Part shown: positions 27,101 through 39,883 of the stretch, piece by piece
How the letters are laid out: every line of letters begins with the position of its first letter
Numbering within the stretch: position 1 is the first letter of the stretch
Source of the DNA: Ptychomitrium polyphyllum
Lineage: Eukaryota
DNA length: 64,000 nt
Reading direction: 5' to 3'
Assembly (NCBI GenBank): GCA_973851085.1
Contig: OZ316776.1
Location: 10,726,001-10,790,000, forward strand
The notes under the pieces: model-generated
The model's database searches: none
What the model was told of the DNA's origin: nothing
The model's input: only the letters and a program-made list of their open reading frames with translations
Made by a program: the position numbers and the translations under genes

Positions 27101-27600
27101 TTACAACAAGCTCAAGATTGTTACAAAACTTATGCAGATCACCATCAAAAAAACCATCCAAAGTTCAAGGTTGGAGATAATGTATGGCTCCTACGACAAA
27201 ATATACAAATAAAAAGACCATCAAAGAAATTGGACTATCAAAGGCTGGAACCGTTTGAAATCAGCAAACAAATAAATCCGGTAAGTTATCGCTTAAAGCT
27301 ACCACCAAGCATGCAAATTCATCAAGTATGCCATGTATCGTTGTTGGAAACCTATAACAAATCATGTATACGAGAGAGAATTGTCCCTCCGCCTCTTCCG
27401 TTGGATATCAATAATAAAATTGAATATGAAGTGGAAGAAATCTTAGATTCACGCATCAAGAACGGACGTGTAGAGTACCTTATACATTGGCAAGGATATG
27501 GCATCAATGATTGAACATGGGAACCTTCAACGAATGTAACAAAATCATCCGAGAAGGTACGCAAATTTCATCAAAGATATCTTCAAAAACCAGGTCAGTG
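24090..27600 (+). pseudogene. Pol of family B (PR-RT-RNase H-IN-chromodomain) in the -1 frame relative to gag, with multiple stops
   Basis: [62 protein letters not shown]. Confidence 0.92.
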
Positions 27601-28200
27601 ATGATGTGTCATCAGCAGCCGTTAGCTTCACAGAGAAGCTTTTCCTTCATAGATAAGTATAAGAAGGGAGGAGAGATATCCAAATCTCCAAGTGTATGTA
27701 GCATTATTTCTAAGATAGATCATTTCCAGATCCTAGCCAGTATGTCAAATCTTCGTGTTATCATGGATATGCGTGAAGAGCAGTCGGCCATGCCTTCATC
27801 AACAACAGCATCTGTTGAACCAACTCAACTTTCTCAGCCCTCGCTAACAGAGGATCTAAGTCAAGATATGAGAGGGACATCCCAACGTCGAGTACGACCT
27901 CGTGCAAAAGTATTGATTAGTCGCCCTTCACATTCCAGTCTTGATTCAGATGCTCGCGCTCTAGTCATCTTGTTAGAAATTGGAAGAGTCATTCCTGGAG
28001 GACCGAAAATCTTGTTTGGAGGATGTTTTGAAGGACTCAATCAAGATCAGATCTTGGGATGGGACATTTCAACAATAGAAGTCTTGGCTGGTGGTCATTG
28101 GTGCTTCTTGCAAGGACCAGTTGAACCAATGAATAAAGAACAACGAGCAGAGTATGTTGCTTCACTCCTTCGACAAATTTTGGAATTTGTAGAAATGTGA
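27601..28200 (+). CDS. Extra ORF of unknown function between pol and the PPT (start codon uncertain: 27601, 27742 or later)
   Basis: The frame is open over 27511-28200. Its C-terminus aligns without gaps to the same region of family C. Confidence 0.6.
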   Translation: MMCHQQPLASQRSFSFIDKYKKGGEISKSPSVCSIISKIDHFQILASMSNLRVIMDMREEQSAMPSSTTASVEPTQLSQPSLTEDLSQDMRGTSQRRVRPRAKVLISRPSHSSLDSDARALVILLEIGRVIPGGPKILFGGCFEGLNQDQILGWDISTIEVLAGGHWCFLQGPVEPMNKEQRAEYVASLLRQILEFVEM

Positions 28201-28838
28201 CAAGCAAGCCAAGAAAAGAGCTCCTCTTGGGACTCGTCGCTAAATGGGGAGGTGATGTCACGGACATAGATCATGCAACATAGTCCTTAGAACATTCTAG
28301 AACCTTCTAGTATACTATAATAGCTTCTTAGAATATTTTTAGATGTCTCCATAGTCTTTCCATGTTGTTAGGAAGCTTCCTATGAAAGTTCCTCCACCTT
28401 AGGAAACTTCCTAGGAAGGTTCCTCAACCTTAGGTAATTTCCTAGAAAACTTCCTATGAAGGCTCCATTATCTTAAGAAACTTCCAAGGAAGGTTCCATC
28501 ATTTTAGGAAACTTCCAAGGAAGGTTGCAATTCCTTGAAAGACTCTTAGGAAGGTTCTCATATCTTAGGAAACTTCTTGGGAAGCTTCCCTAGACTTCCA
28601 GAACATTTTTAAGCCTTGTTGGAAGTTTCTTTAGAAGTATCCTAGGAGATACAAACGTCATAGTTTAAATAGGAGGCAAGACAAGGTATTCCTTAGTCTT
28701 GCCAACACAAGTTGAGGATCATCTTGAATCCTGCCTTGTTATAGTCTTTGTATCAAGTTCTTGTTAATCATTAGCTCTTTGGAAGCTAATTCTTGGGAAA
28801 CACTTCGTTTTCGCTTCTTGGTTCTTGTGTCTGTAACA

Positions 28839-31800
28839 CTAATATACTTTGGACATATTTAATTCCTTATCCTAAAATCTTGAAGCCTTGTCTTGTATTT
28901 ACTTTGTGTGTATCAGTTTGTGAAGACTGCCATATAACAATATCAGAGCTTGGTCTTTCTTGATAGAAAACGGATCATTCCTCTTTCTCAAAAGCACTAT
29001 AGAACTCTAGGGGTTGCGGATTACCCTCCTTTGGACTCAAATTTTCTCTAAAACTTTCTTTGGTCTCTTGCATATTTAGCAATTTTTATCTATTCCCATT
29101 TTATTTCTATGCCAGAGGATAAAGAAGTCAATATGATTGATTCAAAAGAAACAAAGTTAGATTCCATTATCAATGCTCTTGAAGCATTGAAGATCAAGAC
29201 CAAGACTTTATCCAAGCAAATTAAAGAACTGTATTTGGCCATACACAATGGTCAAGGAGTATAAGCATTGCAATTGCTATCTCAAATTAATTTAGGTGCT
29301 TCATTGTTTAGACTTCATTTGGTAGATGAGGAACAAATTCAAGCTAGGAATTCAATGCCAACAACCAAAGAACCAAGAATTAGCCTTCTGGAGAAGTTTG
29401 ATGGTACGCGCTCAAAATTTCTAGGCTTTGTAAACCAAATTCAACTTCTTATCTTGCTTCAACCTCAGCAGTATCCTATAGATGCTTTGTGTGTTTATTT
29501 GGTAGAAACGTTGCCCTCAAAACAAGCATTGTCCTGGTTTGCACCACTTTTTGAGAAAAAATCCTCCACACTTAGCAACTTTGATGCATTCTTAGCCGCA
29601 TTTGCAGAAGCATTTGGTGACCATGACAAGCTTTGTTTTGCAACTACTAAGATTTGTGCCTTGCGCCAAGGACCACGTTCTATGTCAATTTATGCATTAA
29701 AATTTCAACAACTTACATGCGACATTAATTTGGGAGAAGAAGCGCTGCTGAGCCGATTTCATTAGGGCATACGCGACGAGGTTAAGGATTTATTGTTATC
29801 CATGCCAGACCCCCAAACACTTAATGAGGCCATCAGCCAAGCTTTGAAGTACAACAATTGTTTATTTCAATGTTAACAAGATAAATAGACTTTGACTACA
29901 CCTCAGCCTTATATCAACTTTTTAATAGCTGTAGCCCCATCTACTTCCAATAAGTATTTGGAAGAAAAAGCCATGCAAATTGATGTGGTTCACTTCAAGC
30001 CTCTTATTAAAAATGAGAAGAAGCGACAAAGGGAGCAAGGGTTGTATTTGTACTGTGGAAAATTTGGCCACAAGATTGATAATTGCATAGAGAAACCTCT
30101 ACGTACATATTAGATGAGATATACAACCACCCTACCAAATACTTTGTAGGAAAACAAGGACGTTCAACCACAGTAGGGATCGTGTGGCTAGATCCGCTTC
30201 CTTCATAAGAAAACAAAGGTCCTATTCTATCAGCCCATACTCCTTCTTGTTTTACTATACCTGTTTGTTTAGGTGTTTAGAAGCTAAAAAGCCTTACTCT
30301 AACAGATTCAAGAGCCTTTGCTTGCTTTATTGACAAAGAATTTATGAAAATCCATAAGTTTCCTTTTAGTAGAAAATCCAAATCTGTCCATATAGAAGTG
30401 ATAGATGGTTGACCATTATCTTCTAGAGATGTTATTCATGAGACCAATCTTCTAATTGTAACATTGAACAATCATAGTGGCCAAATGATACTTAATGTCA
30501 TTAGATCTTTGTCAAATTCCATCGTTCTAGGGCTTTTTTGACTTGAAAAATACAACTTGCAGATAGATTGGACATCCCGCAAAATAGAATTTCCATCATT
30601 GGAGCCTATAACTACTAAGCCTACGAAGGAAGCTGAAGCATCTTATAGATCTAAAAAGCCTCTTTTCATTGGAGCTAGAACATTTATGAGAGCAGCAAAG
30701 GCTAGTGCTTCTTTTGCTGTGTATGCAATTTCAACGTCCAAAGTTGTGGCTTCATCCTCAATTATTCTAGAAAAGTATAAGGAGTTCAACAATGTATTTG
30801 AAAAAGAGACTATAGACATCTTACCAGGATATTGTCCTTACAACTGTGCTATAGACCTCCAAGACGATGCCCAGCCACCATTTGGACCTATCTATAATTA
30901 ATTCCAAAATGAACTTTCATCACTTAGGAAGTATATTGATGAAAACTTAGCCAAGAAATTCATTCAACATTCAAAGTTTCTTGTTGGTGCTCCGATATTG
31001 TTTGTAAAGAAGAAAGATGGATCTTTACAAATGTGTGTGAAGAACCGCGGCCTCAACAAAATGATTGTGAAGAACGATATCCATTGCCGCTAATACTTGG
31101 GCTTTTTGATCAACTCAGCCAAGCAAAGATCTGTACAAAAATAGACCGGCAAGGAGCCTACAATTTAGTGCGCATAAAAGAAGGAGACGAATGGAAGACG
31201 GCATTTTGAACAAGGTATGGACATTTTGAATACAATCTCATGCCTTTTAGACTCACCAAAACACCTGCCATTTTTTAGCACTTGATGAATGACATATTTT
31301 AGAAGTGCCTCAATGATTTTGTTGTATGCTATCTGGATGATATCTTGATCTATTCAAAGAATCCAAAGGAACATGAACGACGTGTCCGCATAGTCCTACA
31401 AAAGCTACAAGATGTCGATTTCTATACCAAGCTCAAGAAATGTGTATTTTACGAACCTTAGGTGGAATTCCTTAATTATATCATCTTCAATAAAAGAATG
31501 TTGATGGATCCAAAGAAGGTCAAAGCAGTGAGCGATTGGACAAGGCCAAAATTGATATGTTATGTCCAATGTTTTTTTGGATTTATAAACTTCTACAAGA
31601 TCCCCATCAAGGACTATTTTTGAATAGCTATATCACATACACAATTAACATGCAAGGAAAAGCTTGAGTGGAAATCCGATGTTGAAGATGTATTCCAAAG
31701 TTTGAAGCAAGCTTTTACCACAGCTCCTAATCTAGTCCATCAAGACTTTTGGAAGCAATTTTATCTTGAGATAGATGCTTCCGACTTTGCACTAGAAGCA

Positions 31801-34746
31801 GTTTTGTCACAAACAAGGGAAGAAGGGAGACTCCATCCAATTGCATTCTATTCTAGAAACTTTTTAGTTGCAGATTCAATTACAAGATCCATGACAAGGA
31901 ACTCTTTGCAACTGTGGATTCTTTCCAAGAATGGCGTCAATTGCTCGAGGGTGCCGCACATCTAATTATTTTATATACAGATCACGAGAACTTAGAATAT
32001 TTCATGTCAGCTTGTATTTTTAATTGCCGCCAAGCTCATTGGAGTATGTCTCTATCTCAATTTGATTATTGCATCACATATCAACCCAGAAAACAACAAG
32101 GATTATCAGATGCTTTGTCAAGGCAATCATTCCTTGCGCCAAAGGAAAGAGAGGCATTACACAATCAACAACAAGCAACTTTGTTGAAACCCAAACGGTT
32201 TTATATACAAACAACCACCATTTCAACTCCAGTGGATTCATTGTTCCTTGACCAGGTGCATGTGGCATCTATGAAGGACCTTCTTATTCTTGATATCAAG
32301 CATCATTCCAACAACCTCCCTGAAGTTGTGTCTAAATTCAAATTAGAAGACAACCTTTTGCATTTTAAAAAACGTCTATATATTCCTGAAGGACCAGTTT
32401 GCATTTGTGTATTTCAAACACGTCATGATTTTCCTGCGGCTGGACATTTTGGATTCAACAAAACCTTGGAACTCCTCTCTTAAGACTTAAGGTGGCCTCA
32501 AATGTGGAAGGCCGTTAAGAAATTTGTACTCTCGTGTGATACCTGCTCTAGGTCTAAAAATCCTCAACACCGTCCATAAGGACTTCTCCAACCACTACCT
32601 ATTCTAAAGCAACCATGGTCGTTTATTTCAATGGATTTCATTACAAATCTTCCACCATCAAATTCTTTTGATACCATCTTCGTTGTGGTAGACCGGTTGA
32701 CCAAGATGGCACATTTTGTACCTTGCAAGAAGACAATTATTGGTGAAGAAACTGCCACATTTTTCATAGATAATGTCTATTGCTACCATGGATTATCCGA
32801 CAATATTATATCAGATCATAGATCACAGTTTGCATTAGAATTTTGGACGTTGTTTTTTGAAATTCTTAAAGTAGGCATAAACTTTCTAATGTCTTCCATC
32901 CTCAGATTGATGGATAAATAGAGCAATTCAACTAGATTTTGGAGCAATATTTGAGGTATACTGTCAACTACCAACAAGATGATTGGACTTCCTACTTAAC
33001 ATTGGCTGAGTTTGCCTACAACAATACCACTTATGCTTCCATCCAACAAACACCATACTACTCCAACTATAGACATCATCCAATAATGGATATGTTACAG
33101 CCTATACGATTTAAAAATCCAGCAGTAGAGGAATTTGCCACAAGAATGGCAGAGCTTCAAACAACCATGAAGACTCAACTAAAAGAAGCTCGAGAACAAT
33201 ACAAAACAAAAGCAAATGCAACAAAAAAGGAACAACCTCCATTCCAAGTTAGTGAGAAGGTGTGGCTCCTTTGACATGATATAAGGACCAATAGGCCATA
33301 TAACAAGTTGGAGTGTTGCAGATTAGGACCATTTTCAATCCAAGAACAAGTCAACCACGTGGCATATTGTTTGGAACTATCAACATCAATGAAGGTACAT
33401 CTCGTCTTCTACATTTCACTTTTGGAAATGTATAAAGAATTAAATATCCCTGGACGAAGGCAACTGCCACCACCTGTGGTCGGAATCAACAATCATCATG
33501 AATTTGAAGTGGAAGATGTGTTTGACTCATATATAAGACGTGGAAAGCTAGAATACTGGGTCCATAGGTGCGGATATGACATTTATAAACGTACATGGGA
33601 GCCAACTAACAATCTTGCCAATTCACCAATAAAATTTTGTAAGTTCCATCAACAACATCCATCCAAACCAAAGGTAGCAGTCAATAGAACAGTGGCTTGG
33701 TAAGGCTGCGTAACCTTAAAGGCTCTTGATGCTTGGGATTTTAAGTAAAAGAGAAAGCAATTCCTAGATCATAAGTTTTTAGAGCTCCAAATATGATTTA
33801 GAAATTAGTCGTTTGTATTTAGAAGTTTGTCATAGTTTTTTGTGATTAACTCAATATATTAGATATGGACAGTCAAGATGCAGATACCATGCTAGTGGTA
33901 TCAATTCAACTAAGTGGATCTTGTCGACGACCTCGTAATGAAAAACAGATTGGACTAAGAAGATGTCGGAGGACACTCTATAATAGATTGTTGGTGATTG
34001 ACTTTGAAGTAGAACCAGCTTATTAAGGTTATTTAGAAGCTATTTTTGAAGGACGCTTTTACAATGAAGATACGGAAGTTCATGCTTGGTCCCAAATAGA
34101 AGGCAATGGACATTATCAGTGATTATAAAGATCCATGAACCATTTGAATTGAGAAAAGCAATTGGAGTATGTTGCAGACACTATGTAACAAATTTTTAAT
34201 TTCTTACAACTTTTAGGACTTGTTGTGACATGCTCCTTAGAGACCTCGGAGCTAGAAGGAGAGGTGATGTCATGGACTTATATATTAGAAGCATCTAGAA
34301 ATATTCTTAGAAGATTTAGGAAGCTTTCGAAGAAGTTGATTTGACCTAGGAAGCTTCCAAGGAAGTTATTTTAGATTTAGGAAGCTTCCAAAGAAGTTGC
34401 CTTGATTTAGGAAGCTTTCAAGAAAATTACCTTGGATTTTGGAATTTCCAAGGAAGTTGCCTTAGCTTAGGAAGCTTCCAAGGAAGCAACTCAAGGTTGC
34501 TTGAGTACGAAGTAATGTAGATGAAGCTTCTTAAGAAGCTTCCAAGGCTTGTGATTCTAGTATATATAGGAGTTAGGCTGAAGAGTTCTCCTGTCTCAAC
34601 AACGCATCTTTTGTGGTCTAACTCAAACCTTTGGCCTTGTCTTTTGGACTTTATTGTAGTTTTTTACCTCTAATATACTTTGAACATATCTTGTTTTATT
34701 TCTTGGAATTTTGGAGCCTTATCTTGTGGTTACTCTATCCGTAATA
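28839..34746 (+). mobile_element. Tcn1-like chromovirus family C, decayed: 5' LTR remnant 28839-~28915, gag ~29109-30176, pol ~30149-33703, 3' LTR 34268-34746
   Basis: ORF fragments at 29268, 29892, 30557, 31702, 31914, 32631, 32939 and 33308 carry gag/PR/RT/RNase H/IN/chromodomain motifs. PPT GAAGGAGAGGTGA precedes TGTCATGG. The LTR is homologous to 1413-1865. Confidence 0.9.
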
Positions 34747-37333
34747 CAAACTACTATTAACCATGTAGATTCATTGAATGTTCCATGTATCTTTCTTGGA
34801 AACCTACACTAACTCATGTATACAAAAGAAATTTATTTTTGCGCCTCCTACTGTAGAAATCAATAGTGAAATGGAATTTGAAACCCAATAGATCTTAGAT
34901 TCATGTATAAGAAAGGGATGTGTGGAGTACCTTATGCAATGGCAAGGATATGGCATCAATGACTAAACATGAGAATTTTTGATAAATGTTATTGTCGTAA
35001 AAGAATTTTGCTTTGAAAAATCACTAAGCTTTTAGTTGATATTGATCACTCTACAAACAATAACATGTTATTATATAATTTTTTATTCACTGCCATTGAT
35101 TTTATATCCCTATCACTTTTAATTTCTATAGCTCCTTCATGAATTTGAATAAAGACTTCAAATCTGATTCATAATTCAATTATATTGTCAATTATAATCT
35201 TGTCAAATTTCACATTCAAATTCTTCTTTACACTCTTTCTACTGACCAAAACATACTCTTCAAACTCTACTATATATTAGTTCTTAAAGTCTTTGGTTAT
35301 ACTTACTCTTATATCTCCTATTATAGAAGTGTTTTGGACTTTAAATTCTTACATCATCACTTAAAAATAGTGAAGATACTAGGTTCTAAATTTCATCATC
35401 AAAATCCATTTTTACACAAAGATATAAGCTCTTCAAGTAGCAGCTCTCCAAAACTTAAGGCAGCTAATTGGACTTTATTTATACAAGCACCACAATCACA
35501 TACTAACTCCAAATAGATTGTGTGATGATTTTTTAAAGAGCTTATAAAACAAAAAAGTTCATCTAATAAGAATAAATTCAAACTAAAAAATATACAATGA
35601 ATTACTTTTAAAAATGAACTACCTTTTATACAAATATGGGAGTTTGACAAAGAAAAAAGAATGGTAGTCAAATGAATACATTAGGTTCTTATTTCTTTAC
35701 ATCAGGTTTTTATCTTTTCATATCAATTGTTATTTCTTCAAGTCTTCACAAAAAACAATCTAAATCATTTTTATTTTATTTTTTTAAATTTCTTTTGTTG
35801 AAACTTTTAGATTCAAATTACAAAAGAAAACAAAACCAATATCAATAAATCCAAAATAGGAGAAAATAAACAAACTAAAAATAAAATTATTCAAAGCATA
35901 ATCAAATATATGTCATAAACTTGGTTGACTAGATAAGTTCCAACTGTTGAATTGGTCCAAGTTCAATTCTTGTCAAATTTGTTGAGTAGAATGGCGGCAC
36001 TTGGCTTAATACTGCTAGCGAGAACAGCAAGTAGGAAGAAAACAATAGTCAAATAGCATATTCACCCTAAGTTAAGACTTGATGCGGTTTCACTTCCAAA
36101 ACAAATAAAATTGTAATTTCACCACAACCTTTTTTACCAAACTATTTTTTTTCCTAATTTTCTTTTTCTAATTAAAATTCATAGAATAATGAATAATAGC
36201 TAAGTTTTAAACTATAAAATTAAACACATCACAACAATGTAATTCATGCATCCAACAAATTACAAAAATTTCATCAAAGAAATCCTTGATAACCAAATAA
36301 TTGATGACATGTTTATGATAAATTAATAGCCATTAGTTTTTTAGAAAATATTTTTCTATAGACGAGTATAAGAAGGAAAAAGAAATATTCAACTTTCACT
36401 TGTATGCAGCTTTAATTCTAAGAATCATCATCTCTAGATCTTAACTAGTATGTTTAATCTTTGTGTTATCATTGATATGCTTGAAGAATACTTAGTCGTG
36501 TCTTTTTCAACAGTTGCATCTATTGAACCAACTCAACTTTCTAAACTTTTAGTATTAGAGGATCTAAACGAAGATATGAGAGAGGCATTCCAATATCAAA
36601 TGCAACCTTGTGTAAAAGTATTGGCCAATTGTCCTTTTCATTTGATTCAGATCCTTGAATTTTAATCATCTTCTCAAAAGCTAGAAGAATCATTCTTAGA
36701 GGACTAGAGATCCTATTTGAAGGATGTTTTGAAAAATCAAAATAAGATCAAATCTTGGGCTGGGATACTTCAACAATAAAGGTCTTGGCTAGTGATCATT
36801 AGTGCTTCTTACAAGCATAGATTGAATTAGTGGATAAAGAACAACAAGCAAAATTTGTCAAAGAAGAACTTTCTAGTTTATTGCAATAGTTTCTTAGAAT
36901 ACTTTCAATGCTTCCATAGGAGTTCCACCTTGTTGGAAAACTTCATAGAAAAATTCCAACTCCTTAGAAAATTTCTTAGGGAGGTTCAATTCCTTGGAAA
37001 ACTTATGAGGAAGGTTCTACAACCTTGGAATTCTTTCTAAAAAGGTTTTATTGCTTAGAAAACTTCTTGAAAATATTCTATAGATTCTTAGAACATTCTT
37101 AAGTTTCATGATAAACTTTTTTAGAAGTATACTAGGAGATACAGGCATCATAGTATAATTAAGAGGCAAGACAACGTATACCTTAGTCTTACCAACACAA
37201 ATTGTAGATCGTATTGTAGTGTGTTTTTGTTCTTGTCTTTGTATTAATTCTTGTTAATCATTAACTCATTTGGAAGCTATTTCTTGTATGGAAACCACTT
37301 TGTATGTGCTTCTTGTTTTTAGTGTCCTTAATA
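34747..37333 (+). mobile_element. Old family B 3' fragment (chromodomain, extra-ORF region, partial 3' LTR) split by an insertion at 34993-36236
   Basis: 34750-34992 resembles 27295-27540. 36237-36855 resembles 27532-28152. About 36865-37333 resembles the LTR and ends CCTTAATA. Confidence 0.8.
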
Positions 37334-39306
37334 GTGGCATAAGGTGGTGACAGCTAATTCGAAAGCAGAAATGCCTTGTTGGCTATTATTGTGGCATTTA
37401 TTTGGACTTGAGCTACTATTAAAAAGTTACAATGGTCATCCACGCTTTGCAAGGCCATCTATTATGAAGGAAAAGTTGAATCCTAGGATGAGCTTGTTCT
37501 ATGCTACTTTTTAAATACAATAATAAAATCAAGCGGTGCTAGTTGGAACTCAAGCTAGTTTAAAATCTAAGTTGATTAGGACTATAGTTTGTAATACTAG
37601 GTTACTAAAATCACTTGGTAATGTAAAGTTCTATGACATCAGGATTTGCTAAATTACTTAGCATTATATGCATAATAATCATTAATGCTGAATTAGTGAA
37701 CTAGCCAATTTTTTTATTGTTATTGCACACAATTCCAAAACTTATGATTGTATGCCATGGCATAAATCTTAAAAGAATAATATGTATTAGGCATATTAAA
37801 TCTTAAACCACAACGCAAAGCATATAGATTACATATATGATTAGGATTCATACATGACTAGGATTGCATGAACAATTGATTCTTTCCAAATAGAATAAGT
37901 TTGATCTAGTCTACAGATAATAAACAAAAAAAAATTTAAGTAATGTGTTTAAATTTGAGGAGAAGACTTGAAATCAATAAGTGCCAAAGGAATGATTGAA
38001 AAGTTAACTAAGACATACAAAAGCAATAAAGGTCACCACAACCATAAGCCTTGTGCTTTTCCGGATCAACAACAAAACTTCTCTACACCACTCAATGATA
38101 AGTTTATATAAAAGCTAGAAATCCGATCCAGCTTGTAGGTATTTTATTACATGAACTTGACTTCCAATAAATTCAAAATCCATTCATCAATCGGTCCTTC
38201 CCATCAGTAGGACACAAGTTTCTTATTATAGCCAGATACACAGAAAACCCTTTCACTATCTACAAAGACAAAATTACTTCCTCAATACGTACTCCTAACA
38301 CCTTGTCATATACCCAACCTGATCCAAAACCATATCCATAAATAGGCACAATAGCTAAGTTCACACATCCAATCACACCTTATCATCACTACAAATCAAA
38401 CAACACCAACATTCACAAATCAGTAGTAAGGTAGCTAGGTTTCACATTTTCACAACACTAAACAAACAAGTTACCCATTCAAGCTGCAACTTCGATCCTC
38501 CCTTCACCGATAATGCCGAGTTCACAGATCTAACCTTCTGCGATGACGAAGCCGACGGTTATTTCTCCAGATCTAACACACAAGTCAGATCCCTCCCTGA
38601 CAATCAAACGCTAAAGTGGTAATGTAGGTGAAACGTCCATTGTCAACCTCACTTTTGTCTATAGAAACTCTGGGGTCCTGTTTCTGTACTGTAAAAACCT
38701 TCTTGACACTTCTGGACTGGAAGTAGGGAGTGCACTGGAACGGTAACTTACGGTGGAAAAGGCTGCACGAGGCAGGCGGAGAGGCTGTGAACAGCCTGCT
38801 TTTGATGCTTGTTAGGGAGCAGCAGCGGCACCTAGCATAGGGATCAGCAACTGCCGTTTCGGATTCAACAACGCCCAGCTGCTGGTATGTATATAGCATG
38901 TCTTGTGCAGTTCTTACAACAATGCTCTGTGTTCCTTGAAGGGATCGCAACACATGGTGAACGTCGAGCACGCGTCGTGGGCTAACTAACTCGTCACGGA
39001 TTGGCCGGCATCTGAGGTCAACTAGATCTCGTCTACCGCCGCTTAGCGCGAGTGGTGCCCAGGAGAGCGTGGCGCTCGGAAGTTTGGTGTAGCTTGGCCA
39101 CATGGAAGATTGACCGTGTTGGATGATTTGGAAGGTTTGAGTTTATGAGGGGTTTAGGGCGATCTTCACTTGTTGTGGGGGCCGTGGGGGTTGGCCGGCC
39201 AGGTGTAGATTTATGCTTATTGTATTGGTGATCTTCTATAGTGGCATGAAGAACGGAGACGTGCGTGGGCAAGAGTATACTTCTTTTTAATGCTTAAAGT
39301 AACCTA

Positions 39307-39315
39307 AAACCCTAA
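39307..39315 (+). promoter_or_regulatory. Telo-box-like motif AAACCCTAA upstream of the F-box gene
   Basis: Exact motif in the GC-richer upstream region. Function is inferred only. Confidence 0.35.
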
Positions 39316-39612
39316 CTTCATACACTTTCTTTATTGTGACCTTCGACTGACATGGATGTCTGGTTGTACTTAGAATGGTATCGTGTGCTTCGACTTCAAT
39401 GCTTGGGGCATCGTTTTGGCCACATTACGAAGAAACGTGTTGCAAGGTGTGTTAGCGCTGGTGTCGTTGGCTGTTGGAAAAATCTACAGCAGGGTTGTGT
39501 TCGGGTGAAGAGAAAGCGAGCGGGTGACCTGGAGATGACGGGCACTTGATCGGAGCTTTTGCAACTGTTAGTCATCTCTCTGGCTTGGACCTTCACTTGG
39601 AGCACTGTTTCT

Positions 39613-39883
39613 GTAAGTTCTTCGTGGTCAAATTAGATTTGGAACAATATTGGGCAACCATGATGAATCGGAATCTTGTTCTTGATTCCCGGAACTGTAT
39701 CGTTTCTTGCTGTGGATTTTTGTGAAATCTGGATCTCATTTTATCTCGTGAATGATTTACTGTGAGTTTCTTCCATTGCAATGGTATTCCAGAGCTTGAT
39801 TACCATGAAATGTTTCAAAGAAAAAGATCGAGTCACGTCATGAATGATCATGTTGAATTCTACATCTTATTTGTTCAATGCAG
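39613..39883 (+). other. Probable 5' UTR intron of the F-box gene
   Basis: GTAAGT donor, T-rich body, TGCAG acceptor. Confidence 0.55.

Larger units (their letters stand above)
22251..28838 (+). mobile_element. Full-length-sized Tcn1-like chromovirus (family B), decayed, no TSD
   Basis: LTRs at 22251-22864 and 28256-28838. PPT GGGGAGGTGA at 28246-28255. Gag, pol and chromodomain fragments in order. Flanks GTGTC and CTAAT do not match. Confidence 0.93.

Noticed and set aside
27511..28200. Calling the extra ORF an env gene
   Set aside because: No evident signal peptide, TM helix or fusion-protein motif. Position alone is not enough.
35982..35996. 15-mer TTGAGTAGAATGGCG shared with 3061-3075
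   Set aside because: There is no extended homology on either side, so I treat it as chance.
39100..39320. Telomerase RNA candidate (CCCTAAACCC on the minus strand; GGGGGTTGGCCGG on the plus strand)
   Set aside because: The motifs are on opposite strands or in the wrong order, and I see no USE/TATA Pol III promoter or terminal stem. Telo-boxes explain it better.
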